A stretch of 64,000 nucleotides of DNA from an uncultured Chloroflexia bacterium (GTDB lineage Bacteria; Chloroflexota; Limnocylindria; Limnocylindrales; CSP1-4): NCBI GenBank assembly GCA_963712745.1, contig CAVQJC010000020.1, positions 512,001 through 576,000 on the forward strand, given 5' to 3'. Positions 60,217 to 64,000 of the stretch are shown here, piece after piece. The notes under the pieces are model-generated. The model did no database searches, was not told where the DNA came from, and was given only the letters and a program-made list of their open reading frames with translations. Each line of letters starts with the position of its first letter. The first letter of the stretch is position 1. A program made the translations under genes and the position numbers.

Positions 60217-62949
60217 CTACGGTGAGAGCCACTCGATCTTGTCGCTGAAGACAGCCGACCAGTTGCCCGCGGCATCCCGCACCTGAGCGTAGACGCGGCG
60301 GAGGCCCGGCCTGCCTGAGCCGCCCAACGTCTGGTCGGCCAGGTCCCAGGCGATGGTGTCGCGGACCGCCATCGTGATGCTCTTCTTCAGCCGGCCGCTT
60401 CCGTCCAGCGTGGAGACCCCGGAGAGCCGGACCTTGGTCACCCAGGTGGTGGCATCGTCCCAGCTGAGGCCGAGCGTGACACGACGATCCGCGGTGGTGG
60501 CCGCATCGTCATCGATGGTGAGCGCGCCGGTGGGCCGGTCGCGGTCGCTCGTGCAGGTGTAGATGCGCACGTCGTCGATGTACCAGCCACGCTCCCCGAT
60601 CGAGCGGTCAGAACCCATCCGGAAGCGCACCTTGAGCCGAGAGCCGGCGTATGCCGAGAGATCGATGCGCGCGCTTGCCCAGCCATGCGACGACCCGGTG
60701 AAGGCGGACCGGCCGGCCAGCGGGTTGCCGCCGCCCCTGGCGATGGTGCCGTTGTAGCCACCGTGGGTGAAGAGCTTGCGGACGCTGCGCCAGGGCCCGC
60801 CATCGACGCGGATCTCGACGATGCCCCCGTCGTAACGGCGCTTGGCATCGCGGTCGAAGGAGTAGCCGTGGCCGAAATGCAGATAGGCCTTGGCCGGAAG
60901 CACCACCGGCGTGGTCATGCGCATCATCGCATCGGAACGGTAGGCACGGTTGGGGGCGTAGAAGTTGAACCTGCCGCTGGATGCCCAGGTGCCGTCCCAG
61001 GCAGGCTTGTCGTTGGGGTTCTGGGGCCAGAACCAGCCCTTCTTGCCACCCACGCGCGTGGCGCTCTCCCAGGCCCGAGCCCCGGGATGCTCGAGATCGT
61101 CGTTCAACACGTAGGCCGGCGTCGTGCCACCCCTGCACAACGGCGCGGTGCGGGGCGCCCGCGCCTTGGGCGTGAGGTTCATCTGGGTGGCTCTCGTGGC
61201 GTCTTGCACGGCCGCGCAATGCGCGAACGTGATGCTGTGGCTGCCGGCCAGATCGGTGCAGGCCGAGATCAACGCGTCGGCCAGATCAACGTAGTTGGCG
61301 GCCGGGGTCAGGCGTGTCGTCAAGGCCTGGTACCAGACGCGCGCCATCCGCTCCCGCCCGATGCCCTTGATGCTGTAGCCACCGAATGTGCCGCCCGCGG
61401 CCACGAGCACCGCGGCCTTGTTGCCTACGCCGCTGTTGCGGTGGACACCGCCATCATCGCCCGATCCCGAATACCACTTGGGACTGCGCACGCGGTCGGG
61501 ATGACCATGACGAGTCGGGTCGCGCATGTCGCGGAAGATGCCGATGGGCGTATCCTCGCCGATCTTCCACTTGGTGAAGTCGGTGTCCTTCCCGCCGGGG
61601 TAGGCGAGGTCGATGAGCTCACCGAAGACATCGGCGTATGACTCGTTGATGGCACCGGACTGGTAGTGGTAGAAGAGCGGCGCCTCGGCATCGAGCACTC
61701 CATGGGTGAACTCGTGGCCCACGACGTCATCGGCCCTGGACCAGCCCCGGCCGAAGACGGCCTGCTGCTTGGCCCATTTCCACTCGGCGTTGCCCCAGGG
61801 ACAGCGATCGGCGGGGCAGTAGCGCACGGTGGCCTTCATGCGCGAGCCCTGGCCGTCGATGCCGTCCCGGCCGAAGCGGTCGGCGAAGAAGTCGTAGGTC
61901 GCGCCCATGAGCGTGTACAGCTTGTCCACGTCGGAGACACCCACGGGCGTCTGCCCCTCCGAGCGCGTGACGCCCGAGTCGCAACGCCAGCCACGGCCGC
62001 GGACGTTGCGGTTGTCGCAGATGCGCCGGTTGGGCCCTTCGGCGGTCCGGACGCGACCGATGGTGGTCACGACGTCGCCGTTGAGCGCGTCGATGAGCAC
62101 GAGGCGGTGGTGCGCCCGCACGACTCCGTCTGCGGGAACGTGCGCATCGATGCGCCACACCAGCCGCACCCGCGAGGTGCCGGGGTCGGGGTCGTCCATG
62201 AGGCGCGGATCGTACAGGCCCAGGCCCTCGGAGCGCGTGGTCACGGCTGAGGCAGGCCGACCGGCCAGGCGGGCCAGCCAGATCCGGGCCGTGGTGCGAG
62301 CGCGCCCGGCGCTGACCCTGGCCTTCGTCTTGGTCTTGGAGGCGGAAGGCAGGACTTCACCTGCGGCCGAGAGGACCTCCCCGTCCTGGCTGAGCTGCAC
62401 CACGATCTCGCCACCCAGCACCGCGGCGCCGTCGCGGACCTGCTCGAAGCGCACGGTGGCGCCCACACGCCCCGTCGAGGCGGGGCCGGCGGTGCCGGCA
62501 GGCAGCTGTGACCGTCGCTTGACGGCCCGGACCCGCAGCTCACGCCCGGGCGCCTCAAGGCCAAAGAGCGGGCCGTAGCGGTCGATGAACGCGCGGGACT
62601 TGGCACGCGCGTCGGCGCCGCTCAGCGAGCGCTTGCCGGCCGCCACCGCCACCACCCCGGCGGTGAGCGGCTTGGCCGGGGTGCCCGAGAGAAAGCGGAC
62701 GCGGCCGGTCTCGGGGTGATAGCCGAGCTTCGTCGCGCCCGGCAGCTTCTGGGCCAGCTTCCGGTCCCTCTTGGGCACGTTGGTGTCGCGGATCTCGCGT
62801 GCCGCCCAGCTCCTGGCGGCCTTGGGCTTGTGGTCGGCCCCTGCCGCGGCCGGGATGGCGCCGGACGGCAGCAACAGGATCAGGAGGGCCACGGTCAGGA
62901 TCAGGGCGAGGCCGCCTCTGGGGAGCGACCGCCGAAGGGTCTTGGGCAT
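60217..62949 (-). CDS. Secreted M4 (thermolysin-family) metallopeptidase
   Basis: Signal peptide, propeptide, DVVGHEFTH, SGAINESYAD and GGVHRNSGV motifs; C-terminal beta domains. Confidence 0.92.
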   Translation of the reverse strand: MPKTLRRSLPRGGLALILTVALLILLLPSGAIPAAAGADHKPKAARSWAAREIRDTNVPKRDRKLAQKLPGATKLGYHPETGRVRFLSGTPAKPLTAGVVAVAAGKRSLSGADARAKSRAFIDRYGPLFGLEAPGRELRVRAVKRRSQLPAGTAGPASTGRVGATVRFEQVRDGAAVLGGEIVVQLSQDGEVLSAAGEVLPSASKTKTKARVSAGRARTTARIWLARLAGRPASAVTTRSEGLGLYDPRLMDDPDPGTSRVRLVWRIDAHVPADGVVRAHHRLVLIDALNGDVVTTIGRVRTAEGPNRRICDNRNVRGRGWRCDSGVTRSEGQTPVGVSDVDKLYTLMGATYDFFADRFGRDGIDGQGSRMKATVRYCPADRCPWGNAEWKWAKQQAVFGRGWSRADDVVGHEFTHGVLDAEAPLFYHYQSGAINESYADVFGELIDLAYPGGKDTDFTKWKIGEDTPIGIFRDMRDPTRHGHPDRVRSPKWYSGSGDDGGVHRNSGVGNKAAVLVAAGGTFGGYSIKGIGRERMARVWYQALTTRLTPAANYVDLADALISACTDLAGSHSITFAHCAAVQDATRATQMNLTPKARAPRTAPLCRGGTTPAYVLNDDLEHPGARAWESATRVGGKKGWFWPQNPNDKPAWDGTWASSGRFNFYAPNRAYRSDAMMRMTTPVVLPAKAYLHFGHGYSFDRDAKRRYDGGIVEIRVDGGPWRSVRKLFTHGGYNGTIARGGGNPLAGRSAFTGSSHGWASARIDLSAYAGSRLKVRFRMGSDRSIGERGWYIDDVRIYTCTSDRDRPTGALTIDDDAATTADRRVTLGLSWDDATTWVTKVRLSGVSTLDGSGRLKKSITMAVRDTIAWDLADQTLGGSGRPGLRRVYAQVRDAAGNWSAVFSDKIEWLSP

Positions 62950-63156
62950 GACGCCGCGTACGGTACACGACCGGTCAGTTCGTGCAGCCCCGCCAGGGGC
63001 GCCTCGGCCCCGGGACCCGAAGGTACCCTCGAGCTCAAAGCGTGACCGGCTTGCCCTGCGGTCTAACCCGCCTGCGCACTACCATGACCGCACTGGCCGC
63101 GATCCCCTGCGCCTTCATCATCGACGTGATCCAGGATCGAACGAATGGAGGGACCG

Positions 63157-64000
63157 ATGCGAACGCTCATCACGAACGGAACCGTCGTCAATGCCGACAG
63201 CTCCTACCGGGCCGATGTGCTCATCGAGGACGAGACGATCGCGGCGGTTGGCGTGATCGGGGATGGGACCGCCTCCGGGCAGGTGCTGAGTGCTCTTGCC
63301 GAGCTGGCCGTGGACAAGACCATCGACGCCCGGGACCGCTGGGTCATCCCCGGCGGGATCGACCCGCACACGCACTTCGACCTGCCCTTCGGGGGCACCT
63401 ACTCCAAGGACGACTTCGAGACCGGGACGCGCGCGGCGGCGTTCGGCGGAACCACCACCATCATCGACTTCGCCGTGCAGGGCAAGGGCGAGGCGCTGCG
63501 TCCGGGCCTCGAGACCTGGATGGCCAAGGCTGAAGGCAAGAGCAGCATCGACTACGGCTTCCACATGATCATGGGCGACGTCACCGACGCCACCCTCAAG
63601 GAGATGGACACGCTCGTGGCCGAGGGTGTCACCGATTTCAAACTCTTCACCGCGTATCCCGGCGTCTTCCTGTCCGACGACGGCGCCATCTTCGCGGCCA
63701 TGCGTCAGACGGCCGACAATGGCGGCCTCATCCTCATGCATGCCGAGAACGGCGTGGCCATCGACATCGTAGCCAACGCCAACGCCGAGGCGGGTCTGAC
63801 CGACCCCTACTACCACGGCGTCTCGCGCATGCCGGTCTTCGAGGGCGAGTGCGTGAACCGCGTCATCCGCTTCGCCGAGGCCGCCGACGTGCCGGTCTAC
63901 ATCGTCCACCTCTCCTCCCGCGATGCGCTCGAGGAGGTCGTGCGAGGCCGTGACCGCGGGGCCATGGCCTTCGCTGAGACATGTCCCCAGTACCTCTTCC
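63157..64000 (+). CDS. hydA: Dihydropyrimidinase, runs off the window end
   Basis: Own translation: MRTLITNGTVV..PGGIDPHTH..DDFETGTRAAAFGGTTT..FKLF..MHAENG..YIVHLS..AETCPQYL; GGAGG SD. Confidence 0.93.
   Translation, partial: MRTLITNGTVVNADSSYRADVLIEDETIAAVGVIGDGTASGQVLSALAELAVDKTIDARDRWVIPGGIDPHTHFDLPFGGTYSKDDFETGTRAAAFGGTTTIIDFAVQGKGEALRPGLETWMAKAEGKSSIDYGFHMIMGDVTDATLKEMDTLVAEGVTDFKLFTAYPGVFLSDDGAIFAAMRQTADNGGLILMHAENGVAIDIVANANAEAGLTDPYYHGVSRMPVFEGECVNRVIRFAEAADVPVYIVHLSSRDALEEVVRGRDRGAMAFAETCPQYLF

Overview
High-GC bacterial chromosomal segment. Gene style and frequent leaderless starts suggest Chloroflexota (Limnocylindria-like), which is an inference. No rRNA, tRNA, CRISPR array or intact mobile element was seen. 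The window has four parts. (1) 1-20.3 kb, amino-acid and nitrogen metabolism: a truncated membrane GGDEF gene, argG-argH with ARG boxes, dapB-dapA-dapD-lysA, a Zn-ribbon thrC-like gene, argR coupled to an OmpR-family regulator, amtB (no glnK), a PtsP-type GAF histidine kinase, metC and metH. The dap operon and the thrC-like gene each have an unannotated, near-leaderless 20-codon leader peptide with the same layout: sensing codons at positions 8 and 10 (K-x-K-P or M-x-M-P), an antiterminator starting at nt 36, then a terminator. These look like twin Lys- and Met-sensing ribosomal attenuators. (2) 20.5-51.3 kb, a carbohydrate locus apparently under GntR control. It combines an AraFGH-like ABC importer, mutarotase-like, DUF5107/TPR, ROK, SIS, phosphotriesterase-like, FAD oxidoreductase, two Eda and SMP-30 genes with five UroD/MtaA-like proteins and a corrinoid protein. 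This is a candidate B12-dependent O-methyl-sugar catabolic system. (3) A complete hoxEFUYH-hoxW bidirectional hydrogenase operon lies inside that locus, behind a 4 x 51-52 bp tandem repeat. (4) 51-64 kb, cell-surface genes (glutaminyl cyclase, SpoIID/LytB, two GT87, M4 peptidase) interleaved with a nitrilase, a putative F420-dependent LLM oxidoreductase and a dihydropyrimidinase. Four 1-2 bp frameshifts look like sequencing errors.
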